From IMG/VR virus record IMGVR_UViG_3300046524_000185: a DNA stretch of 20,238 nucleotides. One strand, 5' to 3'. This stretch comes from an uncultured virus (IMG/VR IMGVR_UViG_3300046524_000185). Lineage: Duplodnaviria > Heunggongvirae > Uroviricota > Caudoviricetes. The notes under the pieces were generated by a model. It saw nothing but the letters and a program-made list of their open reading frames with translations, was not told the origin of the DNA and ran no database searches. A program made the translations under genes and the position numbers. Below are positions 7,776 through 15,017 of the stretch, one piece after another; within the stretch, counting starts at the first letter, position 1; each line of letters opens with the position of its first letter.

Positions 7776-7976
7776 ATGACCAGCGAAAAGGCAAAACTCT
7801 CAGCCCGCCGCGATGAACTTCTCAAGGAAGTAAACACGGCTGGTGTCTGGAACCCACAGAAGTACCAGGAGATCCTGGATCTCGGTAAACGAATAGAGAT
7901 AGCGGCGGATGCGCCGGATCCCGACGAACCAGAGTTAGACCTCAAACCAGAGGTTAAACCAAAGAAGGCCCGATAG
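7776..7976 (+). CDS. Hypothetical protein (start uncertain: 7698 TTG, 7749 CTG or 7776 ATG)
   Basis: Open frame ending at a TAG inside the following terminator; helical, acidic then basic tail. Confidence 0.55.
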   Translation: MTSEKAKLSARRDELLKEVNTAGVWNPQKYQEILDLGKRIEIAADAPDPDEPELDLKPEVKPKKAR

Positions 7977-8000
7977 AAGTTCTATCGGGCCTTTTCTTTT
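7961..8000 (+). terminator. Rho-independent terminator, possibly bidirectional
   Basis: Perfect 14-bp arms AAGGCCCGATAGAA (7965-7978) / TTCTATCGGGCCTT (7980-7993), TTTTCTTTT tail, A-rich upstream flank. Confidence 0.85.
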
Positions 8001-8115
8001 GCCGGAAGCGCAGCGGGCGGTCGCTAATAACACCCGCAGCCAGGGTTGGAGTTAACCTTTCCTCGGATGACCTGGTCGTCGAGCTCGGACGTTAAACGAG
8101 CTCTCTTCTCCAACA
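8001..8115 (+). ncRNA. Candidate structured RNA (antisense regulator or 5' leader)
   Basis: Stems GCGGG/CCCGC (8013-8037), AGGGTT/AACCTT (8042-8059), GAGCTCG/CGAGCTC (8081-8103), alternative GTTGGAG/CTCCAAC (8045-8114); complementarity to boxes at 6335-6377 and 6472-6482. Confidence 0.4.
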
Positions 8116-8129
8116 TCAAGGATATGACG

Positions 8130-8447
8130 ATGAGGATACTCTTCGAGGTTCTCGAGCGTGATCGCTTCGAGATTTTTGATCCGTGCATCCCGGCCGGCGC
8201 AGAGACGGCCAAAATCATAGCCGGCACTGAAGGCTATGATACAGTTCGCATACTACAGTTTGATCCAACGACGCTGCACATCAGCGATATCACCCCAGAG
8301 CTCTACGACGAGTACCGCGGCCCCTACGACCAGTCGGCTCCTCTGTGGGTGAAGCAGCAGCCTGACTTCGACCTTCGTTGTGATGAGGAAGCTCGAGAGA
8401 CTCGGGAGTGGCAGAAGCACGTTCGGAGTTTCTCCGTTGCTGCCTAG
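8130..8447 (+). CDS. Hypothetical protein (105 aa)
   Basis: AAGGA at 8118-8122 supports ATG 8130 rather than TTG 8046. Confidence 0.65.
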   Translation: MRILFEVLERDRFEIFDPCIPAGAETAKIIAGTEGYDTVRILQFDPTTLHISDITPELYDEYRGPYDQSAPLWVKQQPDFDLRCDEEARETREWQKHVRSFSVAA

Positions 8448-8709
8448 CTTCCTCGGTCAACGGCGCCCTGGGCCGCTTGATGTATAGCCCAGGGTTCACC
8501 TTCCCCGAACTATCGGTCAACGCATCAGCCAGCCGAGCTGGCAGGTACCCGAGTTCATCCAGTCGACGCAGATCGTCGACGAGCCGGGGGAAGATCTCGA
8601 GGGCCTCATCGAAGTCCTTCTGCTCACGCTTCTCAGCCTCCCGGCGCTCGGCTTCGGCTTTCATAGCCAGCAGCTCCGTGATCTTCGCGTCTATCTCTCT
8701 CAACTCCAT
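8290..8709 (-). CDS. Hypothetical protein with N-terminal coiled coil; only credible minus-strand gene
   Basis: GGAGG 6 nt upstream of the ATG on the minus strand; protein-like for about 88 aa; the last ~50 codons overlap the convergent gene and may be spurious. Confidence 0.7.
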   Translation of the reverse strand: MELREIDAKITELLAMKAEAERREAEKREQKDFDEALEIFPRLVDDLRRLDELGYLPARLADALTDSSGKVNPGLYIKRPRAPLTEEARQQRRNSERASATPESLELPHHNEGRSQAAASPTEEPTGRRGRGTRRRALG

Positions 8710-8721
8710 GGATGGCCTCCT

Positions 8722-10152
8722 ATGACTGATGCAACACTTCGGCCTGATCAGGTCGCAGATCTTGCTTTCTATATGTCGAATCCGAAGTGCTTGAACCTAT
8801 CTCACGCTGGGACAGGGAAGACACCATCTGTCTGCGTGATGCAATGGTACTTATGGTCTAATCGGGGTATCGGCACTGTATGGGCACAGCCTAAATCTCT
8901 CCTCAAGAAAAACAAGCGGGAACTGCTGCGGTTCACCGATTTCAAGGACGAAGATGTCGTCATCGTCGACGGCACTCCCAAGCAGGTGGAGAAGCAGCTC
9001 AATTCAGGCGCAAAAGTGTTCCTGATGGGGTTCCGGCGGCTGACTCTCTGCTGGCGGAATCTTCCGGCTTTCGTGAAGGCCGTTCACATCGACGAGTTTC
9101 ACATGGGCTACAAGACTGCGGACAGTCAAAACAGCCTTGCGCTCTTCAAGATGTTCGACTCAGGCCGGATGGAGCAGTTCCTGCCCATGACCGGTACGTT
9201 GATCGACGGCAAGTTGACGTCGGCCTACCCAGCCATTCGCGTGATCGAGCCTCGCTACTATCTCTCCCACGAAAACTTTCTCGGTTACCACGGGATCAAA
9301 GATATCGATGGCAAGATCGTCGCGTGGAAGAACCATGAGAAGTTGTCGAAGATCTTCGGCCGGCACGCCATTCTGCGGACATTTGCCAGTGTCCATGGTG
9401 AGCAGGAAGTCGTTCATGTCCCTGAGATGGTGGATATGGAGGACAAGCAGCGGACCTACTACGACAAGTTCCACGACGACGCGGTGCTCGAGCTCGAGAC
9501 GTTCTACCTAGACGGCACTCTCCCAGGCGTGGCCTTCACGCGTGCTCGGCAGCTGATGGAGCATCCAAGTGAGTTCCCAGACCTGGCCAACCCTGGCCAG
9601 TTCATCGACATCCTCAACGGTGAACCCACCGGCAAGGAAGAGCGGCTCAAGGTCCACTTCGAGGAGCACTATCTCAGCGAGAAGCCACTCATCATCTTCA
9701 CGCCTCTCATCCCGCAGCAGATGCGGGTGGCCAAGCTGCTCGAGCAGCACAAGCTGAGCTTCGTCGTGATCAACGGTTCGATCTCTCAGAAGAAGCGTGA
9801 CGAGAACAGTGACGCCTTCGAACAAGGCCGTGTCCAGGTCGTGCTCGCCACACCACAGACGGCGGCGTTCGGCTACAACTGGCAATTCAGCGGGAAGAGG
9901 GAAGTGGATCACATGATCTTCACCGCCCTTGACTTCGGTGACGCCACGTTCGTCCAGGCTCGCCAGCGAGCAATCCGTGGCAAGCGATCGTCCCCTCTGC
10001 GCCTGACAACTCTCGAATACTACGAGAGTCTCGATCAACACATCTGCAAACTCATCCACCGCAAGAGCGTGGATGCGAACAAGGTCGATCCATCTCGACC
10101 CGTTCTCCAGCTTTCCGGCTTCGAAGCGAAGAAAGAAAAACTTGCTGCGTAA
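8722..10152 (+). CDS. SF2 (SNF2-like) DNA helicase
   Basis: Q motif LRPDQ, Walker A AGTGKT, Walker B DEFH, motif III TGT, motif VI QARQRAIR. Confidence 0.9.
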   Translation: MTDATLRPDQVADLAFYMSNPKCLNLSHAGTGKTPSVCVMQWYLWSNRGIGTVWAQPKSLLKKNKRELLRFTDFKDEDVVIVDGTPKQVEKQLNSGAKVFLMGFRRLTLCWRNLPAFVKAVHIDEFHMGYKTADSQNSLALFKMFDSGRMEQFLPMTGTLIDGKLTSAYPAIRVIEPRYYLSHENFLGYHGIKDIDGKIVAWKNHEKLSKIFGRHAILRTFASVHGEQEVVHVPEMVDMEDKQRTYYDKFHDDAVLELETFYLDGTLPGVAFTRARQLMEHPSEFPDLANPGQFIDILNGEPTGKEERLKVHFEEHYLSEKPLIIFTPLIPQQMRVAKLLEQHKLSFVVINGSISQKKRDENSDAFEQGRVQVVLATPQTAAFGYNWQFSGKREVDHMIFTALDFGDATFVQARQRAIRGKRSSPLRLTTLEYYESLDQHICKLIHRKSVDANKVDPSRPVLQLSGFEAKKEKLAA

Positions 10153-10174
10153 GTTCCAAGAACTCACGCAGTTT
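10145..10174 (+). promoter_or_regulatory. Inverted repeat after the helicase (weak terminator or operator)
   Basis: CTGCGTAAGTTC-CAA-GAACTCACGCAG, 11/12 paired, followed by only TTT. Confidence 0.5.
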
Positions 10175-10271
10175 CGATCTAAAATTCTTTCATGTCTCGT
10201 GCCACATAGCTCTCACCACTCCGGTGGAAAGCACTAAAACTCTCACATCAACGAAGACAGGAACTTTGAAA

Positions 10272-10979
10272 ATGAGCAATCAATCTATCGCAGAAGCAAT
10301 GGCAGCAGCTCAGGCAGCAGCAGCGAACTACACGGCCCCGGGCAATGTACCGGCGACTGCAGGTTCGACCGCTGTTGGCGCCCCGACCGCAGCCGGCGCA
10401 CCTCTCGGCCTCGACGACATGATGGCAGGCGGCGTGTCCGTCGACCATTGGTTGAAGCTGACGGCGGACGGCATCAAGATCGGAGACAAGACGAAGCCGC
10501 TCGACACCATTGAGGTCTTCGTCGACCTGACCGAGATCGCCTACATCTACCAGACCAAGTACAACCTCAATGGTTCGTCGGTCTATCACAAGACCTACGA
10601 CCGCGTCACCGACGCTCAGGGTGGTCCTTGGATCTCCACTCTACAGACTGCGAAGTCCATCGACCCGAAGTCCTACGAGTATCGTTCGGCAGAAATTCCG
10701 TTCGTTCTTGGTGCGGACGTCGAAAGCAAGACCAAGGGCGAACTGGCGGCGAAGGCCGGCGAACGTCTCGGCCTCACGCTCTCGACGACCGGTTGGAAGA
10801 AGTTCGAGGAGTTCGTCAAAATTCTCGCCCGCGAGAAGATCGACCCGAAGACCGCAACCGTGAAGCTGACCCTCGGCTACGAGACGAAGCAGAAGGCTGG
10901 TGTCAACGACTGGGGCGTCCCGACCTTCCTCAACCACGAAGAAGTCGACGTCATCCCGCTGTTCGACACGGTCCACTAA
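10272..10979 (+). CDS. Putative single-stranded DNA-binding protein
   Basis: AGGA RBS supports ATG 10272; strong codon bias, own terminator, beta-rich core, acidic/hydrophobic tail, position between helicase and exonuclease/polymerase. Function inferred from context only. Confidence 0.55.
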   Translation: MSNQSIAEAMAAAQAAAANYTAPGNVPATAGSTAVGAPTAAGAPLGLDDMMAGGVSVDHWLKLTADGIKIGDKTKPLDTIEVFVDLTEIAYIYQTKYNLNGSSVYHKTYDRVTDAQGGPWISTLQTAKSIDPKSYEYRSAEIPFVLGADVESKTKGELAAKAGERLGLTLSTTGWKKFEEFVKILAREKIDPKTATVKLTLGYETKQKAGVNDWGVPTFLNHEEVDVIPLFDTVH

Positions 10980-10987
10980 CACGAAAT

Positions 10988-11015
10988 GGGGCGGCGCAAG
11001 CCGCCCCTTTTCTTT
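10988..11015 (+). terminator. Rho-independent terminator
   Basis: GGGGCGGC-GCAA-GCCGCCCC (GNRA loop) plus TTTTCTTT. Confidence 0.88.
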
Positions 11016-11026
11016 GGAGGCAAAGA

Positions 11027-11767
11027 ATGCTCACCATCATTGACGGCAACAACTTCTTCCGCCGGTTGATCGAGTTTGGCGGCGGTGACGCCCGCTCGAT
11101 CCTGAACGAGTTCCACCAGCCCAGACGAGAGACGATCGTCGTTTGGGATGGCCTCCGTGGCTCGCAGCGTCGGCGGAACGTCTACCCACAGTACAAGACC
11201 AACCGTGGCCCGCTCGACAAGGACATCTCCGTCCAATTCAACATGATCGTGCGGGTGCTCGCTCACTGCAACGTCACTCAGCTCTATCATCCGGATTACG
11301 AGGGTGACGACGTCGTGGCGATGCTCGCGAGGGACTATGCCAGCAAAGGCCGGCAAGTCTTCATCGAGAGCACCGACCAGGACTACCTGCAGATCGTCGG
11401 TGAATACCCAAAGCTGGTCACCACCTCGGCCAACCCGAAGGTCCAGCCGCAGCTCACCAAGCTCTACAAGATCTGGGTCGGTGACCAGTCGGACAAAATC
11501 ACCGGTGTTCCTGGCTTCGGTCAGAAGACCTGGGACGAGATCGACATCGCCGCTCTCGGTCGGATGACCCGCAGGGCAATCCTGACCGGCGAGATCGAAG
11601 ACATCGGCCTGCCAAGCCGGTGCAAGCCCACCGCGGAGCTCCTCCGCATCCTCGACGAAATCATCTCCTTCTACCCCGTCCCGATCGACGAGGTGATGAA
11701 GCACATCGTGCTCGGTTCGCCCAACTACCAAGCGGCCGACGCCTACTTGAAGGAATTTTTCCTGTGA
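11027..11767 (+). CDS. 5'-3' exonuclease / flap endonuclease (Pol I N-terminal / T5 FEN-like)
   Basis: GGAGG RBS at 11016-11020; IIDGNN, VVWDG, YPQYKTNR, YEGDD, STDQD, GDQSDKITGVPGFGQKT. Confidence 0.92.
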   Translation: MLTIIDGNNFFRRLIEFGGGDARSILNEFHQPRRETIVVWDGLRGSQRRRNVYPQYKTNRGPLDKDISVQFNMIVRVLAHCNVTQLYHPDYEGDDVVAMLARDYASKGRQVFIESTDQDYLQIVGEYPKLVTTSANPKVQPQLTKLYKIWVGDQSDKITGVPGFGQKTWDEIDIAALGRMTRRAILTGEIEDIGLPSRCKPTAELLRILDEIISFYPVPIDEVMKHIVLGSPNYQAADAYLKEFFL

Positions 11768-14487
11768 GCACACTCCCCATTCAAACGGTCCTGATCGACC
11801 GCACGAATTTCGAGCAGCACGCCTTCACCGTCATGCAGGCGGTGAAGAACACGTCCTTCATCGGGATCGACGTGGAAACGCAAGACAGCAACCGGCACGC
11901 CGGCCTGACGGCCCTCTGCGGCTATAAGGAAGACGGCACGAAGTCGAAGACGGCCAAGACGGTCTTCGACATGAAGCGTACCGTCATGACTGGCTTCTCG
12001 CTGTACCCCGAGGGTCACGAGTTCGCCTACTACATCAACCTCAACCATGCCGACGTGGAGAACCGGCTACCTTGGGAGCAGGCGCGAAAGCTGATCGACG
12101 TGAAGCCGAAGGGCGGTCACTGGATCTCGCACAACGCTCCCTATGAATTGACGAGCTTCAAGAACTGCTACGATCTTCGCCTCGACGAGATCATCTGCAC
12201 CATGCAGATGGCGGTCTCGGCCTTCGGTCCTGACGAGTACGATCTCAACAAGTTCCTGGCAGCGGGGCAGGGCGGTATCGCCGCGCTGAAGAACTCGCTG
12301 CTGCAGGAATGCATGAAGTGGGATCCGAGCCTCAAGGCGATGCCCCCGGCGCTCGAGGAAGTCGTCGGCAAGATCATCGCCAAGGAGAGCAAGGCCGAGC
12401 ATTCCTACAACGGTTTCGTCAAGAGCGTGGCCTATGGCTACGGCCTCAAGGGTCTGGTGAAGAACTTCTTCAACTACCAGATGACCACGTTCGAGGAGGT
12501 GCTGAACGGCAAGGCTCACATGGGCCAGCTGACCGGTGCAGAGACGGCGGCTTATGGCGCCGAGGACGCTTACTGGGCGGTTCGCCTGTTCCGTCACCTC
12601 ATGGACTACATGGCCAGAACCAATCCGGCCGTCATGGGCACGTTCTTCGAACAAGAAAACCCCATGGTTCATGTGTTCTCGAACATCTGGGACGAGGGGA
12701 TGCGGGTCGAATCCGACGCCATCTTCACCCAGCGTGACAACGAGCGGGTCAACATGGCTCAGATCCTTCGGGAGCTGAAGGGTCACGTTAAGAAGCTGCT
12801 GCCGTTCAAGGACGAGCCACACGCCGGCCTGATGAAGGGCGAGAAGTGGTACCAGACGGGCTACAAGAAATACCGCGACCAGATCACGACCTGGGCCAAC
12901 AGTGCTGATTGGGTGAAGGAAGGCGAGGAAGATCCAGTCGACGCCGCCGTCTTTGCTCAATGCGGCCAGGTCCGTGGTCCGGTATCAAACGCCTGGGCGA
13001 TCGAGACTGACAAGCCAGAACCAACCGGCCCGAACCTCTCACACTACATGCCGATCCGAGTGCTGATGTACGATCTGCTCGGTGAGGACGTGATCCGCTC
13101 GCTCGGCAAGGTGCAGAGCGACGGCGAGGCTCGCGGTAAGCTTCTGGACCGTCTCGAGGACGAGACGCACAAGGAAGTCATCAAGGGCCTGAACCAGATC
13201 TCAGGCGTCGAGCAGCGCATGAAGCTGTACCTGACGCCCTACACTCAGCTCATGGACCCGGAAACGGGATGCCTCTACCCGCTCGTGTCGTCCATGCTGG
13301 CGACCAGGCGTATGGGTGCATCGGTTCCGAACCCGATGCAGCTCGCCAAGCGTGGTGAAAGCACCTACGTCCGCGGCTTCTTCAAGGCTGACCATGATGA
13401 CCACGTCATCGTGTCGGTGGACTGGTCGGGCGTCGAGCTCGTCGAGATTGGTGAGTTCTCGGGCGATCCGGAGTTCATCAAGGCCTTCGGTCAGATTCCT
13501 CACGAGGATCTGCACGGTGGTGCAGCGGCCGACATTCTGTCCGTTGACGTGCCAGGGCTGACCGAAAAGTCGTTCAAGGCTCTGAAGGACTTCAAGACGG
13601 CCGACGACTACCGTGATCACTTCGGCCAGGAGATGACGAATTACAATCGTCTCTTCACCAACCTGAAGGGTCAGGATCTCGCGGTCGGTGACGCCTACAG
13701 ATACTGGCGTACGGAAGTCGGGAAGGGTGCGAACTTCAACTATTGGTACTCGGGCTTCCTGGGCACCATTGGTGATCGCATGGGCTGGCACATCGACAAG
13801 ACGGGTGATGCCACCAAGCGGTATCGAGAGCGCTTCGCGGTGGCAGAGGACTGGCGCGTCAGCTTGATCGAGCAGGGGAAGCGTCAAGGCTTCATCGAGC
13901 TGCCCGACCACCACCGTCGTGTCCGCTTCGAAGCAACCCAAATGTGGGCCGAGTATTTCGGCGCCAAGTTCAAGCTGCCTTTGGATGGTGCTGATGAGTT
14001 GGTCCACCGCTACAACGCGGTCTGGGAATACATCATCCGCAAGATCCAGGGACGTGCGAACAACCAGCTGGTCAACGCGTACATTCAAGGTTCGTGCGCC
14101 ACACTAGCGAAGCGGTCGATCATCAAGATCAATCGTCTCGCTCGGGAGCGTGGTTGGACCAGCCGTGAGTTCCGCTTCATGATGCCGATCCACGACGAAC
14201 TTCTGTTCTCGGTCCATCGGTCTATCGCGGTCGAAGCCATCAAGCTGATCCGCGACACCATGATCGACCACCCCGACATGTTCACCAAGTGCAAGCTCGA
14301 CGCTTCACCCTCGGTGGGCCTCACCTTCGAACCCTACAGCGCCAAGAAGGGCATCCTCATGGGCCAGGTCGAACTGTTCGAGCTGCCTGAAGCTGTGGGC
14401 GTCGGAAACGTAAACGGACGCGCAACGGACGACCAGGTTCGTGGTGTCGTCGACTATCTCTTCGAACAACGGAAACTCGCAGCATGA
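11764..14487 (+). CDS. polA: Family A DNA polymerase with 3'-5' exonuclease domain
   Basis: GTGA overlap and AAGGA RBS support start 11764; Exo I DVET, Exo II HNAPYE, Exo III YGAED; motif A DWSGVEL, motif B KGANFNYWY, IQGS, motif C IHDEL. Confidence 0.93.
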   Translation: MSTLPIQTVLIDRTNFEQHAFTVMQAVKNTSFIGIDVETQDSNRHAGLTALCGYKEDGTKSKTAKTVFDMKRTVMTGFSLYPEGHEFAYYINLNHADVENRLPWEQARKLIDVKPKGGHWISHNAPYELTSFKNCYDLRLDEIICTMQMAVSAFGPDEYDLNKFLAAGQGGIAALKNSLLQECMKWDPSLKAMPPALEEVVGKIIAKESKAEHSYNGFVKSVAYGYGLKGLVKNFFNYQMTTFEEVLNGKAHMGQLTGAETAAYGAEDAYWAVRLFRHLMDYMARTNPAVMGTFFEQENPMVHVFSNIWDEGMRVESDAIFTQRDNERVNMAQILRELKGHVKKLLPFKDEPHAGLMKGEKWYQTGYKKYRDQITTWANSADWVKEGEEDPVDAAVFAQCGQVRGPVSNAWAIETDKPEPTGPNLSHYMPIRVLMYDLLGEDVIRSLGKVQSDGEARGKLLDRLEDETHKEVIKGLNQISGVEQRMKLYLTPYTQLMDPETGCLYPLVSSMLATRRMGASVPNPMQLAKRGESTYVRGFFKADHDDHVIVSVDWSGVELVEIGEFSGDPEFIKAFGQIPHEDLHGGAAADILSVDVPGLTEKSFKALKDFKTADDYRDHFGQEMTNYNRLFTNLKGQDLAVGDAYRYWRTEVGKGANFNYWYSGFLGTIGDRMGWHIDKTGDATKRYRERFAVAEDWRVSLIEQGKRQGFIELPDHHRRVRFEATQMWAEYFGAKFKLPLDGADELVHRYNAVWEYIIRKIQGRANNQLVNAYIQGSCATLAKRSIIKINRLARERGWTSREFRFMMPIHDELLFSVHRSIAVEAIKLIRDTMIDHPDMFTKCKLDASPSVGLTFEPYSAKKGILMGQVELFELPEAVGVGNVNGRATDDQVRGVVDYLFEQRKLAA

Positions 14488-15017
14488 TGTACGGACTACT
14501 TAGCACTGGGAAAGGCCTCATTGGCCTTTCCTTCCACACCGGCGCTCGCGAACGCAGCGAGATCCAGACGTTGCTCTACGGGACCAGCTCCTGCCACCAG
14601 TGGCAGCAGCTCGACGAGTTCCACGTCGTCTTCATCACGAGCGACAAGGCCTACGCCCTGGACTACGCCGCAGTCGAGAGCGTCATCTTCTACCTCGCTG
14701 AGTACAATCTGGAAGACCATCTGCGGCGGCACCTGATCCGCCTGCAGAGCCAAATCAAGGTCAGGCCGAAGCCTGAACCGGAAGTCGCCGCTTGCCAGCC
14801 TCAGGTGACGGTCCACGTCCCGGAGCCTGAACCTGAACCGGACGCCGTGACACCTCGCTGGCGTGCTCGGATCCGGATCAAAACCCATGGTGGTTACGTC
14901 CATGAATCGTCCGAGGACATCGACGATGTCAGCGAACTCGAGCGGCTCGTCGACCGCAGCCCCTTCTACCGTGAAGACATCAAACACATCAAAATCAAAC
15001 TGGAGCCAAAGCTTTGA
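14484..15017 (+). CDS. Hypothetical protein with Pro/Glu-rich linker
   Basis: ATGA overlap with pol and TTGA overlap with ligase; KPEPE and EPEPEP repeats. Confidence 0.7.
   Translation: MMYGLLSTGKGLIGLSFHTGARERSEIQTLLYGTSSCHQWQQLDEFHVVFITSDKAYALDYAAVESVIFYLAEYNLEDHLRRHLIRLQSQIKVRPKPEPEVAACQPQVTVHVPEPEPEPDAVTPRWRARIRIKTHGGYVHESSEDIDDVSELERLVDRSPFYREDIKHIKIKLEPKL

Noticed and set aside
8290..8443. H-NS/Lsr2-like RGR hook in the tail of the minus-strand protein
   Set aside because: It lies in the region overlapping the convergent gene, lacks the TWxGxGR context, and may be a frameshift artefact.
8408..8725. + strand ORF ending in an ATGA overlap with the helicase
   Set aside because: Ser/Arg-rich shadow of the minus-strand gene, which has a strong GGAGG RBS and a more protein-like sequence.
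10628..11763. Long N-terminal extensions of the exonuclease (from 10628) and polymerase (from 11620) in the ORF track
   Set aside because: They overlap upstream genes and a terminator; RBS and motif positions support starts at 11027 and 11764.
11764..14487. Intein or intron in the 907-aa polymerase
   Set aside because: Frame is uninterrupted, and no intein splice-junction or homing-endonuclease motifs were seen.
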